From: Paraspadella gotoi | Lineage: Eukaryota; Animalia; Chaetognatha | Direction: 5' to 3' | DNA length: 64,000 bases | Assembly: GCA_051294375.1 (NCBI GenBank) | Contig: CM119269.1 | Coordinates: 19,162,418 to 19,226,417 of the forward strand | Shown here: positions 1 through 14,954 of the stretch, piece after piece | How positions within the stretch are numbered: the first letter of the stretch is position 1 | How the letters are laid out: each line of letters opens with the position of its first letter | Notes under the pieces: model-generated | What the model saw: the letters and a program-made list of their open reading frames with translations, nothing else | Database searches by the model: none | What the model was told of the DNA's origin: nothing | Made by a program: the position numbers and the translations under genes

Positions 1-960
1 TTCTCACCAAATGCGGCTCTACTGTCAAAAACCTTTACAAGCCACCGGTATACACAGAAAATGGCCGCCGCTTCCGAGCTTCAGGACGGCCCCAGGGCCG
101 CCCGTTCGCGAACGTCGCGTCGATGCGCTTGGGCCCTTCGACATCAAGATCGCCGTGGCCCCGACATAAGCGCGGGTGGCGCTCTTACCTGCCTATTATT
201 CTCGCGCCCGTTCAATCTTGAGGATTATTTTCTCTCTCGACTTCGTCCTTCATAAATGCCTTCGATGCGCATAGGAACGAAAGTCGGGCATACGCACCTC
301 TTCCAGCGATAACGCAACAAATTTCAAACGGTCCGGACAAAGCTGCTGCGCGACGCAAATATTAAAGGAGTGAACCGGCAACGACAATGATAAAAAATTC
401 CATTGTCTTGGCTTCGACTGGGACTTCGCGGCCGCCTCTCACGCCGCACTACGGTGGGAGTTTTGGGTGAGCGGATGGTTCGCTCGGCTAAGCGACATCT
501 CTACGCCCTAAACTTGGCGACAGTCGGCTGTCGATGGAGACGTTTCGCCACCTTCATCACCGGGCGCCGAAGGAATCATCAATCGTCGGCCTTTAACGCG
601 ATTAGCCAGCGATGCTTCAAGACTTTGCTACCTTTAACGCCAGCTGATAATTATATCCGGGAGTTCGCGATAGGAACGACGGCCGTCGTCTTACCACCGG
701 CGCCGTCTTCCGGGCGATGCTTTGCGTCTGGAGTATAAGCAAGCGTTGGGATTTGATTCTCAATTCGACGACGCTTTTCTCCGCGATTTTTACCCTATCT
801 CCAACGCCCGAACGTTGGCAAACGACGCAGCCGGAATCTCAAAGTCGGCCAAGCTCGCCTTCTTGTCGCGAGACCAAGTCAAGGAACGAGTGAGTAGGAC
901 TTGGCGTTATCAAAAGGGTGGCATGGCACGACACGCACGGTCATGCGACGCGCGTTCGTG
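1..960 (+). mobile_element. Decayed BEL/Pao LTR-retrotransposon pol fragment (integrase core plus C-terminal region), frameshifted
   Basis: Frame-hopping translation gives BEL/Pao integrase motifs in the right order: GPFDIKI..LTCL..R..LE (~130-222), SDNATNFK (~306-329), TPHYGG / ERMVRSAKRHL (~440-500), EGIINRRPLTRLASD..LTPAD (~569-650). There are many indels (decay or raw-read errors). No LTR was identified. Confidence 0.8.
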
Positions 961-3900
961 CGGACCGCGAATGGAAAAAATATATTGAACGCGATCGATC
1001 AAGAATCGTTGCCGTTTGAACTAGATGAGTGAAAGTAAAAAAAAACGAATACCTTACATCCCCCAAAGAACTTAAAACTCTTTGTGACTATTATATCAAT
1101 TATTGCCATGCATAAACCCGGAATTATTTTTCAGAGCTTCGAATCGAAAAAACGAAATTTCGTTATTTACCAAATTGCTTTGATTTCGCTTCGAATCGAA
1201 TTACCCCATAGGGGGACTGCCACCAAAAACCAGAATTCAGATTAAATGTTTTTCAAATTTGAATTTTTTGATTTTTTATTTTTACTGTTTAAGACAATGA
1301 TTTTTTCAGAAACTGTTTTGTTTTGGTAAGAGTTTAATTTTAAGAATTTATATCTTATTATCTCAGTGCTTGGAAAGTAGGTTTTTAAGAAAAAAATTAT
1401 TTTATTTATTTATTTCGATTTCGTAAGTGCGACCCCTTACTCGAAATTTTTCTCCAGATTTTGACCAGTAAAAATGGTAAATTTGGATTATTCGAATTCG
1501 CTTTAATTTATTTATGACAATTTTCAAACTTATGATAGATCAAATTGATTTTGGCGTACAGTCGTAATCGTTTATCTCGATTTCTTTTATTCATTATTCA
1601 ATTATTTCAGCGTACGTCACCACGGACCGTTTAATTTTGAAAGTTCGCGAACTTTGTATATTTTTTGAAGAAAAAAGAAAAATATTTTTTTATTGCCTCC
1701 CATATTATTTTTCTGGGTTTTCAATACGGCTGCGGGTTTCGCTTCTCCTTTGTTTTTCTCCTTTTTCTCAGGTTTTAGTACCCGTTTTTTCCTTGTTCTG
1801 TACCGCTTATCAGGAGGTTTTCAAGTTTGACGCGGAAAGAACTTTATTAATTATATTTCAAAGCTCTCGAAAGCAGGCCACATACTAGTGGCGCAGGTGT
1901 CATGCTGGGTGGCAGCATTCCAAGAAAAAAGGGGTGCAAAAGACCAATTACTACTTCATCAACACCTGATATGAGTTTACCTATGTCGACGTAATCAAGC
2001 CTTGATTTGGTAGGAGGTAATGTTGTCTCGAAAGAGTCGTGAGGGTGCGCGCGAGCGGCGGGCGACGTCATAACCAATCAACTCAGGTCGCTTGCCGAGA
2101 TGTTCCGAATCCACAAGTCCTAATGACTTCACCCTGCTGCGTTGACAAAGCAGATGACCGTCCTAGGTAACCGCGCCAGTGACTGAAGGCGTCACTGAGG
2201 CGGAAGCCCCGAAGCCAACTAGTAAGAGATGACCCATCCCAATGGGGTCCTGCACAGGCAACCCGGCGTGCCATAATATTCAGGTTATAAACGACAATTA
2301 GAGGCAACTATGAGCTTGTTAGTAAGATTTTGACAAGGAAAAAATGTTAGAACCAGAAAAGAGTACGTTTAGATCTTGTTGAGTGATACGAGGTGAAGCG
2401 ACTCTTTAGTGCGTATTTTAAGTTTTTACTCTTGTTCATGTGTACGTCGAATACAAGTATACATCATTAGTTCGATTTATAAAATAGTCAGGATCGATAT
2501 CCTGTCGTCGTTGACGGCTTTTTGGTCTTATAAATTTATTTTATTCTAAATTCTGCATTTTGAAACCCTGATATTGTTTTTAGATTGGGGCGCTCTTCGT
2601 AAGTGCTCTCGCTCTCTGCGATTTGCGAACTTCATATAAAGTCAACATGTTTCGTTGCCAGTGTGTCACGTACGATAAAATAAACCAACGGGTGAAAAAA
2701 TAAAAGTCAACTGACTGATAACGCAAAACATTGGATGGACCGATCTTGTTTCGGGTTCATTTTCTCTTTCTTTTATGTGTTTTTAAATAAATTCTTTCGC
2801 GCAATCAGAAGTCTTCGTTTATTCTATGATTTATTAATTATTATATCACAATTTTTTAAGAAATTTGTTCCTTTTTAACGGCTCTCTCGTTCCCGCTCTC
2901 GAGCGCCGCTGTTCCCCCTTCCTACTGCGCCCCGTTACCCCTTAAACCACTTCCCTTACTCCGCTATTTCCCCTTTTCCTATTATCCCTGTGCCCCTTTT
3001 CTCCTGAATCCTTTACCTCCTTTGTAACACTCTTTCCCTACTCCCCTTTGCTCCTTATCCCTTTATCCCGCTTCTCATTCCGTATTCAACCGCATCCCGC
3101 TTTCCCCCGTAATTCCCTATTCAATACCTTATGCGCACCCGTGTTCCTCAGTTGTTCACCCCACATTGCAGGACTACCCTTTTCTGTCCTCCTCATTTCT
3201 CCCGCGACGGAATTAACCCCCTTGCCCGGTCTGTTATTCCCCCGATGAGTTTCCAATGCCTTTCCCACTTGGCCCCAGCAAGAGCGGTGTTCCGCGATCC
3301 CCATGTGGACAGCTTTACCCTCTCTCCTCGGCCCAGATCATAGTCATGATGTTTAGCAGCGGCTGGTCAGTGCAGAACTCACTCCGTTTTTTTCACCCTT
3401 CCTTTGCTCTAGTGTTCCTCAAACTCCTTGTTATTTGGTGCCGACACCAATTGACTTCTATTTACTCGGATCACTTTTTTGCTTTCGTTTACTCTCTAGC
3501 TTTCCTTTGTGTTATTTTCTACATTTTGCTCTTTTTACGCTTCTTCCGGCACTCTTGCACCTGCCAAGCTTTTACGCGCTTTTGTGATATATTTCCTTTT
3601 CAGCGCATTCTTAACTCTAATGTTGGTTCTCTCTTAACTTTACCTGCGTAGTCTCCAACCCGCTGGCAGCTCCAGGAGCGTATGCGGTGCAATCATACAA
3701 TCTACAGTAGCTTTTCCGCAGTAGTGCGTGCCTCATAGTAATCCTAACCGTTTCAACTTACAGAGATCCCGTCTTCTGTGTGTGATCTGGGTCTGACTAA
3801 CCGTCTAAGTCCAACCGACGTTTTCTGAGTTGACCTGATTCTCGACCCGCTCTCGTCCCCTTTCGCCGATCTTGTAGTACATTGAATTTTACAACAATAG

Positions 3901-4543
3901 TTAGTTTAATTAAAGTAATAGCTAAATTATGTATTTAAAAATAGAATCACGTCTGGAAATAATAGAAGTGCATATAGAGGTATAGTTTGAAAAAGTAGTT
4001 TTTTTAGCGATAAACTTTTTATTGATTTTTTATTTTAAGCCTCAAACTAAAAGAAACGTTTAAGGTGTGTGTCTTGTGTGTGTTTCTCGATCTGATATTG
4101 TCACATTTGCAGACTTCAGAAAGCACCACGAAGAACGAAGACACGACGTAGCGACGATCGACGACGACGACGACGACGCCGAGTCAACAAAACTCCATTC
4201 AGGGACGTTTCTCTCACTTTTCGCCTTTTTACAGCAAGGATCTCTCTCTTGTCTGACAGCCGGTCTCTTCCCTTTTAGAAATATAACACGAACAAAACTA
4301 GCCTTTTTCTCAATTTTGTGTATTATCATCTGTTTTCATTTATCTCTGATCTCTCCATTCCCTCCATTAGGTCAGTCGCGTCCTTCTCTTCGCTGAAATA
4401 CAATCAAGGCTGATAGGGAACACAATTTTAGAGTAAACTCGAGTACCCCCTTGTACACGAAGATCTCGACTGGATAATTTCTTTTTCCTTTTTTTCTTCT
4501 CTTCCTCCTTCTCCTTCATGCGCCCATTGCCCACTTCCTTTAG

Positions 4544-5083
4544 GTTCCGTGACTCATCGCATCTCTGTCTGCACTCTGTCCCGGGAGGTGCAAATTACTG
4601 CCCTCCCCGGGAGGCTGTGGAGAATCTGACTGCCAGAAGGGCTCGGTATTCGGCTGGGGGGCCGCGCCTCTTTGCCAACGTGCCTCGCCGGTGGAAATGC
4701 CGCCGCCAAGGATGGGAAGTTGAAAACACGGAATGCTTGCGCCTGAGTCGAAAAGGGAATCGAGGAAAGTGATCGAGAATCATTTGGAGATATTTGAATG
4801 GATTGGTTTCCACAAACAAGAGTTGATTCGCTTGATTCAGATATATTGCTTAATTGATTGATTGATTATGATTGATTGATTGATTGAATTGATTTATTTA
4901 TTTATTTATTTAATAATTATTATTTTAATTTATTTATTATTATTTATTATTGTATTTATAATTACGATTATGATTAATTGATTTATTAATGTTGATTGAG
5001 TTGATTTATTTATTTATTTATTTATATTTATTTATTTATTTATTATTTATTTATTTATTTTATTTATTTTATTTATTTTATTT

Positions 5084-5114
<31 letters not shown>

Positions 5115-8100
5115 TATGGCTTGATTACTTGATTGTTTCACTAAATAATTTATTATAGGAGAAAAAAATTGATTTTTTTTTATCGGCCAGGGTTGGTTCT
5201 CTCTGGCCAATTCCACCGCGTCGCACGTCGTGCCCTCTGGCCGGCCGCTGTTCCGTAGCACGTCGACCGAGCGACTCCAGCATCTGTCTTCCCAGAGAAC
5301 TTTTCCTCCGTCGCGCGGCAGGCGTGAGGCAAAGGAAATTTGATAAGGTTTTTCTGCCTGATTCTTTCGGTCGCATCTCTTGATTTTTACGATGTTATTT
5401 CGTTTTAGAATTTCATTCTTTCGTTGTTCTATCTATGGATTTTATAAGTTGTTATCGCTTCCTTTCTTGCGTTCTCAATCCATATGAGTGTTTCAACGAC
5501 CACCTCAGTGGTTTTTTCTCCAAACTTCGCCCACATTTCGTTCTCGGCAAAGAACAAGATGTTATCTGTGTATTCGCATCGTCTCATTACTTCGTTATAC
5601 GCATCTAATGCTTCTTATGTTTGCATCTGTCTCATTACTTTGTTGCATTATAATTCTTTATATGTGTGCGGCAAATCTTATTTCTTCGTCTCACACTTAC
5701 ATTCTTCTATGTTGCGCATTTCTTCATTTCTATTTGTTTCGAAGTAATTGTCTTTATTAGAGTTGCGTTCGTCTTAATTATTTATTCTTTCGCATTTATT
5801 GTTCTTTCTATGGTCACACATCTTCTATGTTCGCCTCATTTCTTTTTGTTTTCTTCGCTCTTTCTTCTTTTTTCACGTTTCGTTTCTTTCCAACTCGAAT
5901 TCACTTCAGGAAAATTAGTCTCTTTGTTTTCCCCTCGTCGTTTTTGTTTTCCCCTTTGTTTTTTCTTTTCCTTTTTCGTGATTTTTTTTTTTTGGTCTTC
6001 GATGTAGCATGGCTTTTAGTCAGAATCTGCTGTATCGCATGTTCCGTACCTACTTAATTCACTTTGTCGGTCCGTCTGTTGGACCCCCAACAATCTGTCT
6101 CGCGTTTATTCCACTTAGATCACCGTGTAAAACATCAAATAATGATAATAATATGCAACAAAAAAATTATGCAAGTTTAAAAAAATTATTTCAAGTTTAA
6201 AAAATTATGCCAGTTAAAAAAATTATGCAAGTTTTTTTATCACTTTTAGCCTTGCATCTCGTCACTTGTCCTTGTTTTAACCTTTGTTCATTGTCACTTA
6301 GCGGTGATGATTGTTTCGTCGCGTCTGCATCTTGCGCATATTTCTGTTCTCACAAGAAGAAGACTAAGTCATTATTAATTAATTTTTGTCGTTGTTTTCG
6401 CCTTTCTGTTCTATGTCGTGCTTCTTCTTTGCACCTTTCTCTCGGCTCTGTCTTCCGAGAAGGAAAACGGCGGAATCAGTCACAGGTGGTTCGGTTGAAA
6501 AGAGCTTGCAAATCAATCTCCTCTCTCTCTCTGTGAAGATTGTTTACTCTCACGCTATATGGGAGACTATCTTCGAACGTCTCCGAGCTCGAACTCGGTT
6601 TAACATGGATTCCTGAAGAATAAAAGTTTGTTGTCCTTTGAACTTTATTATAAGATAACAACATAGTTATCGTGCTCTCCTCTGCTCAACACAGTTTTTC
6701 AATACTCAAAGATCATATTAAACATAAGCAAGAGACACGGTAAGAAAATACTGGGCAGATTGCAGGACTGGCTCCTGAACGCGAAAGNNNNNNNNNNNNN
6801 NNNNNNNNNNNNTTTTTTGGTCTTCGATGTGCGAAACACAACAACAAAATGGCTTTAGTAAGATTGCTTATCGCAGTTCGACTCTTAATTCACTTGTCGG
6901 GTCGTCTGTCCCACCCAACACTCTTGTCGGTTATTCACTTAGTCCGTCGAATTGTGGCCACCTAGAAGAACCTTTGTTCTCATCATTGCCTCAAGAGGTC
7001 GCCCGATTTGTTCCTTTTGTTCGGTACTTTTTTTATTAATTACTGAAGATTTTACGAACTGATTTTAGCTTTGATTGTTAATGTATTACCTTGTTTTTGG
7101 TTCCTACCTGTATCTGTTCTTTTAACATGACTTTTTCTTTGCTTTTTATTCTTAAATGTAATAACTCCTTTTGGGAGACATTACCAATCATTCAATCAGT
7201 TAGTCAAGTGACTACCTTCCTGCTGCACAAGTGGATTAGAATTGTGTCAAAGATTATTACGTCACGTATCCGTATGTGGTGAATCGGGCCGTGCCCCTGG
7301 TGAGCCGAGTGTCACCATGTGTGGCAGGCCGGATTCACCCAACGTGGAGTTGCCGTTGATTAATTTGTGAACGTTCTAATGTCCCTTGTTGGGCCCGCAG
7401 GGAAGGTGAGTTCACGTGACAACTTTGAATTGATTTGATTGGTTTAAGTTTTCAATGATATTTATTTACATTGTAGAGTTTAAGCAAGAAGTGTTCAATG
7501 TTTGTAATAATTTATTATAGGTGAGACAAAAAGGTATTATCAGTTATCATTCAAAGTGAATCACCCCAGTCTGAATCTTCAGTTAAATGTTGAATTAAGA
7601 AGGGGTTACGACAAAGGAACAAATCGGGGCGACCCTTTGGGGGCTGAGTTGAGAACAAAGTTGTTTTCTTCTAGGTGGCCACCAAAATAATATTATCAAT
7701 ATGCACAAAAATTAATCGCAAGTTTTAAATTATTTCAAGTTTAAAAATTATGCCAGTTACAAAATTATGCAAGTTTTTTTATCATTTTAGCTTGCATCTG
7801 TCATTGTCCTTGTTTTAACCTTTGTCATTGTCTATTCAGGCGGTGAGATTTGTGTTCGTCGCGTATTTCGCTTTTTTGTTTTACAAGAAACATAGTCATT
7901 ATTGATTTATAAAAATTTTTGTCGTTGTTTTCGCCTCTGTCGTTGTTGTTCTTTTTACCTTCCTCGGCTTTCATCGAGGAAAACGGGCGGAATCAGTACA
8001 GGTGGTTTCGGTGAAAATGGCTTGCAAATCAATTCCTCTCTCTCTCTGTGAGATTGTTTACTCTCACGCTATGGGGACTATCTTCGAAGCGTCTCAAGCT

Positions 8101-9898
8101 CGAAACTGTTTAACATGGGATTCCTGAAGAATAAAAAGTTTGTGTCTTTAGAAAACTTTATTATAAAAATATTTATCGTTCTCATCTCTCTCAAAATTTC
8201 AAATAAAAAATACATATAAAAAAGACGGTGAATTGGAGTGAACGCCCGACAGATAGTTCAAGGCGAATTGGTTGAGAGAAAGGAGAGACGGAAAATTATT
8301 TCATGCTCAGGTGCACCTGTACTACCAACAGATTGCGTTTTAGTCAAGCATTGGTTTAATTCGCTGAACGTTGTAAATTTCTTTATCCTCAGATTATACG
8401 TCTTTATAGCTACCTCCAATTACTTAATGAAGGAAACATAACGGATTTTTTTCCTTTCCTTTGTGAACTCCGCGCTTCTGTCACCTCCTTGTCTTTTGAA
8501 CATCTTACCTTTGTGAACTTCGCGCTTTGTGAACTCCGTGAGAATTCCACAGTCTCTGTTTTCAGGCGTCGAATCCATTTCTTTTTTTTTCCTTACTCCC
8601 GCGATCGCCAAAATGGCGATAAATGGAATTCGTGCCAAAATTGGAAAATCTGGGGAGTTTCTTTAACCTGAAGATTCTGCGGGAAGGAACCGTGTTTCAT
8701 TCACTGCACCTTGTATTGGCGACATTAGGGTTCTTTTTTGCCTCTTTGTTCGTTATGTCTGTCATCTACATCTTTTTATTGTTCTGTCTTTGTTGCGTTT
8801 TGTCTTTTTTATTTGTTTCGTGGTTTTTTCTTGTTTTCTTTCGTTTATTTTCTTTTCTATATTTAGTGCGTCGCTTTCTTTCTCTTTGCTTTTGATGTGT
8901 TTGTGTCTATCTTACTCTTGCTAGAATACTCTAATTATTAGTTTTCTGTGTTTACGATTGCTCTATCTTTCCTTATCCACGAGGATCCAGCTTCCTATTT
9001 TCCTCGTGCTGCTCTTTATGTTGTCCGCTTTAACTTTTAGACGCGCAGTGATTGCCTAGCTTTTGCGAATCTTCTCAGATAGTTCAAGCGAATTGTATGA
9101 GAGAAAGAGAGAGACGGAAAATTATTTCATGCACAGGTGCACCTGTACTACCCAACAAGAATTGCGTTATAGTCAAGCATTGGTTTCAATTCGCTGCAAA
9201 CGTTGTAAACTTTTCATTTATCCTCAGATTATACGTCATTTATAGCTACTACAATTACTTAATGAAGGAACATAACGGATTTTTTTCCTTCCTTTGTGAA
9301 CTCCGCGCTTCTGTCACCTCCTTGTCTTTTGAACATCTTACCTTTGTGAACTCCGCGCTTTGTGAACTCCGTGAGAATTCACAGTCTCTGATTTTCAGGC
9401 GTCGAATCCATTTCCTTTTTTTCTCCTTACTCCCGCGATCGCCCAAAATGGCGCTAGAATGGAATTCGTGCCAAAATTGGAAAATCTGGGGAGTTTCTTT
9501 AAACCTGAAGATTCTGCGGGAAGAAGAACCGTGTTTTCATTCACTGCACCTTGTATGCGACATTAAAGGATTGCTTCTCGCTTTTTGCTTCGTTCGCTGT
9601 TTTTTTTTTTTGTTCTGTCTTTCGTTCGTTTGTTCCTTTTTTAGTTTCATAGTTTCTTTTTATCGTTTTATCTTCTCGTTTATTTTTTTTATAATTTGTA
9701 TATATTCTTTTGCTTATGATGTGTTTGTCTCTCTGCTAAAATCTAATATTAAGCTTCCCATTTTCTCCGCCAGAGTTGCACAACCTGCCCACCGGGATTC
9801 GCCTGTCCGAAAACCGATTCAAATACGATGACGGAATGCCCGCTTGGCACCATGTCGTCAGGAGGACGGGAGAAGTGCGAAGACTGTCCGGGTAAAGA

Positions 9899-9930
<32 letters not shown>

Positions 9931-10211
9931 NNNNNNNNNNNNNNNNNNNNNNNNNNNNNNNNNNNNNNNNNNNNNNNNNNNNNNNNNNNNNNNNNNNNNN
10001 NNNNNNNNNNNNNNNNNNNNNNNNNNNNNNNNNNNNNNNNNNNNNNNNNNNNNNNNNNNNNNNNNNNNNNNNNNNNNNNNNNNNNNNCCTCTTTTCACAC
10101 TGACTCCTTTTCGCTCTCTAATTTCCTTCCAATAGAATGATCAGTGAACGAGGGGAAAGAATCTCTTAAGGCACGCTCATAAAATCCTGATCCAATTTAA
10201 CTCTCTTTCTC

Positions 10212-10259
<48 letters not shown>

Positions 10260-10260
10260 G

Positions 10261-10311
<51 letters not shown>

Positions 10312-10510
10312 TTCCGCTCGCACTTACTCACTTTCTCTCTCTCGCCCTCTCTTCCTCTTTAATTCCAGCCGGATACGAATGTCCGTCCAAATTCGAGAGC
10401 CACAAGACTGAATGTGCCGCCGGGACTTTTTCTCTTAAAAACGAAGAGGTAAGTTAACTTACTTTTGAGTGTGAGTTTTTAATTTTTTTCGTTACTTATC
10501 TCCGAAAAAC

Positions 10511-10598
<88 letters not shown>

Positions 10599-13500
10599 GA
10601 AAGAAAAAGAGAAAAGAAAAGAATAGGCAAGCTATCAACCAAGCAACCTTATGAAAGATATTTTAGTTTGAGTGACTCGTAAAATCTGTTCACTCGCAGT
10701 CTGCGTTCCAGGTGATTATTTTCCTCGTCGTTGTCATCGTTTGCGTCTTTGTCATCGTCCTCGTGAGATTCGTGGTTTTCTCCGTCGTCTCGAGTTGTCG
10801 TCGGATCGTTAGTATCTGTAATTTCCGGATATTGAGACTCGTTACAGAAATAAAAAAAAAACCGTTGAGTAAACAAACATTCGACGTCCCGTTGGAGCGA
10901 ACGCAAATTTCGGTTCAAAAACAAACAAAACGAAAGAGAAATCGTTCGTCCGTCTGACGGTATTTCCCTCCAAGGAGTAAATTAGCTTTAGAGAGGATCA
11001 GATGATTAATTTTAGGATCAGGCGAGGATTCTATTCCTAAATTTTCGTCGGTGTACTTATGCTTTTTTTGGTTCTTCGAAGAAGAAAACCATGGGAATGT
11101 TCGAAAAGCCAATTCGCTTTAATTACTTTTGTCGTCCGTCAATTCTCCGTTCCGACTTCCAGGAATGCCAACTTTAAGAAATGACAGGTTGTAGCATGGT
11201 CAAAAAAAAAAAGGATAATCTAAATCATACGCTCACGTTGCCATCTTTTGTGCATGAATAGTATAAATAGTTGACAGTGAACCGAATTTATTTTCAGGCG
11301 CAAAAAAAAAGGAGTGTGAATATTGAAAGTTTCTCTCGGGTGTTTCACGTTCACCCACTTCATCTCGGCGCGCGAGAGCTCAGGCGTTTTCTCCCCCGTC
11401 GCCTCTCAGTTAATAATTTATTCAGACTCTCAATCTCATCGAAATTCTTCCCAACCGAATTTAATTTTTTTCTTCTCTTTTTTAAAATCTTTTGACTAGA
11501 GATGGAGACGGTGTAGAATGATGGAGAATGAGTCTGTGACAGGGTTGCAGATGTTGTTCTAAATTTATTTGTTTATTGATTTATAAATTTATTATAACAT
11601 TATAATACTTAAGGGAGTGGTCTTTTCATACTATTGAAACATTCTTTGAAACATTATACTACTTCATTGATAGGGAAGCCAGGTACTCTGGGAGTGAATA
11701 AACGAGACTGTGAGTGAGTCTTGTTTGAAAGCTTGCAGGGACCTGCTATGTTATTATCTTGTAAGAGTGATGGAGGCCTTAAACCACCAAAGCCACTCCA
11801 AAGTCAGGGTCATGATAGCTTATTTATTAAATAAATGGATAATTTTTATATTGGTTGTACCAATTTAATTTCTTTATTTACCTTAATGAACGCGATGTTA
11901 TAATTAAAAAATAATAAAATATGATAGAAGCCTCGTTATCTTTATTCACGACCGATTGATAATATCACCTCCCTAAAATCTTACCAGACCCTTACCCTTA
12001 CCTCACCAAGTGCGCTCCTTACACGACCGCTGCTTTTGATCGTGCGCTCCTTACCGGGACGCTGCCTCCCTACGCGCGGTTCTTACTTTCCTCAACCCGT
12101 CGCCGCTCTCTGTCATCAATATCTCGTTAGCCGCCGTTTCTTCCCTCAAACGGTTTTTTTTTTAATAACATTGATCGCGAATACTTTTAAAATTTCATTT
12201 TCCTCCTTTTGATTTTTGTACATATTTGTTTTGTTTTTTCTTTTTACATTAGCGTTTCTTCAAAAGCCAAACAAGAATTAGCTAAGAAGAAAAAGAAATT
12301 AAGAGAGGAGAAACAAAGAAAAAAAAATTCACAAAAGAAAAAAGGAATTCTAAGGTTTTTTTTATTGAAAATTCATTTTGTTTTATTTTTTTTTGGTTTG
12401 TTTATTTTTACAAAATATCAAAAAAGAACCGAGTGGAAATGCATTAAAGCCGAAAAATGGAGGCGTGGCTATTTTTGTAGTCATGGGGACCGTCCGGCTT
12501 TTTTCCCCCTTTTTTATTCGCTCTTTTATGAGGTGATATGACCCGATTTATGGCGGAGTCCTCGTTGGTGTCGCGGAAATATTCTTGGATTTGACCTATT
12601 TTAAGGTTGAAAGAGAACTCCCTCCTCCTTCCTTACCATCCATGTAGGCATTTTGCTAAAAAATGTTTTTATTGCTACAAACTACAAAGCATTAGATAAT
12701 TAGATTTATGGTTCAAGTTCAAGGCAAGGTCGTCAGGCTGTTTTCTGTTTTTAAAGAAAAGCTTTTTCTTTAAGGATATCCGAACAAAAAACACCTGGCG
12801 TTCTTTCGAGGTTCCACCGAGATTCGAACTCGGATCGCAGGATTCAAAGTCCTGAATGCTAACCATTACACCATGGAACCATGTACGTAAAGTGGCACGC
12901 GCGGTGTTTCTATTCTCCTGAGTGGTCACTCAATTCGAAAGAAAAGTTCCAACAAAGAACCTCGTCGAAATGCATTACATAGTTTACATTATAATCTAAT
13001 CTCGTCTGCTCGTAGTAACAATTGATATACGCGAAATGCCGTTCCTTGATTTCACGAGCTTCCTCATTCTCTTCAAGTCTTTATCCCTCCTCGCCTATCC
13101 ATTTCACGCCCTGCTCCCTTTCGTTACTTTCTGAATTGACTCCTTCGTTCCCCACGTGTTTCTCCCTCCCTCAGTCAATTCAAGGCAGTTTGGTTTTGTG
13201 ATTAATTTCTCGCCGAATTAATGTCGGGACTAATTTAGCAAAAACTTTCGGATAGAAGACATTTACGAACTTCGTTTGGCGAGAAAATGAATTAAAAAAT
13301 TATTGGGACAATGCGTAAAAATATATATGGGCTTGAAAAAATACTTAGCCGACGTAACTAAAAAAAACATTTTTCAAGAACAGGAAATCCTCGGAAAATA
13401 AATGAGCTAATTTCTAGAGATTTCCTCAGACCTCGTGGTTTTTGTGCAAAGAATTGACGATTCGACCGAGATTCGACGGCGATTAGTCAATATCTGATAA

Positions 13501-14640
13501 TTCTAATTAAAAATCGAGAATTGGGACAAAAACGAAGGCAAACGACTATAAATATCACAGTGACAAAAGCAATAAATGAAATACAAGGAAATGTCAGATT
13601 AGAAAATTAAAAAGTCAAGCAAGCATGAACGAATATAAAACAAAAGTATCATTGTCGACCGATTAAAACCGTCATAAAAAGGGGAAAAGAATTGGAAAAC
13701 CACCGGGGAATCCGGAATCCCGTCTCCGACAGAGGCGCCATCTTGGAATTGCTAATTTTGCAATTTTAACCAAAAGTAGTGAAAACATTTTCCCCCTTTA
13801 ATGCGGAGGTGAATTTCTGGGTTTTTTCTTTCACTTTTTACTTTTTTTGGTTTAAATTACTTTTCTGTTGTTGTTGTTTTTTTGTGTGTGTTTTTTTGTA
13901 ACTTATTTGTTTTTATTTTTAGCTCAGACTTTTACTGTAACTTTACTTTATATTTTTCGCAAAATTTGTAGTTTCCCACTTTTTACGAGGCCATAATTCT
14001 AAAATTTAATTTTTAATTTGTAATTTTTTATTGTCAAACGTAGACTTGCACCGACTGCCCGGCTGGGGAGGCGTGCCCGAAAACGACCGAAGCGGGCTCT
14101 TCGTGCCCAACAGGGACGTATTCTTTCGGCAAAGCAACAGTGTGCGACCCTTGCCCTCAGGGATACAAATGCCCCGACGGAAAAACAACTGAAATATGTT
14201 CGAAAAACACATACAGGTAGAAAAAGACGACGACATTCAGTGATCCATACAAATATATTGAGTCATTCGTATATTAATTAGTTGGTTCGTTTATTTTACA
14301 GCCCTTCGGTTTTATCAAAAAGAATAGAATGTTATGACTGCAAAGCTGGACGGGAATGTGATGTCGGTATTACGCAAGACGAGATGGAGAAAGCCCTCTG
14401 CCCGAAAGGTAAAGGGGGTCGCGACGGCGAAGGTGGCCTATTATATCTGCTAATCGTAAACATTTTTAATGTTGTGAGGATCTGTATTTGTTTGATAATA
14501 ATTTCTTTCCACGACAAATCCACGTTTACGAGGCTGGAGTGCCCACTGAAGGATTAAGCGAAATGAATTCCTAAAAATAACGTAGTGTTTATAAATAATA
14601 ATATTCTGGAAGAAATAACTCTCGTTACGACCCCCCTCTC

Positions 14641-14682
<42 letters not shown>

Positions 14683-14713
14683 GCTCTCATCTCCCTCTCC
14701 TCTCAATCTCTCG

Positions 14714-14744
<31 letters not shown>

Positions 14745-14896
14745 TTCTTCGCTTTCTCCTGCGTGTGTTTCTTTCCCTCGCAGGTTTTTATTGTCCGCGG
14801 GAAGCCGACAAAGTGAAATGTCCTCGGCGGGAAAATACGGAAAAAGGAATGGGCGGAGACAGAAAGACGACGGGTGCCTCTATGTCAAGCAGGTGA

Positions 14897-14954
<58 letters not shown>

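Noticed and set aside
1880-3880. Possible LTR or env remnant of the BEL element, and pyrimidine-rich noisy repeats
   Set aside because: No second LTR copy, clear PPT-TG junction or recognisable protein motif; sequence quality is low.
9290-9375. CTTTGTGAACTCCGCGCTT repeats as a CRISPR-like array
   Set aside because: Only three copies, irregular spacing, eukaryotic context and no cas genes.
9052-9831. 259-aa ORF
   Set aside because: TTG start and Phe-rich low complexity. The duplicate at 8250-8900 does not keep the frame, and it overlaps the true exon out of frame.
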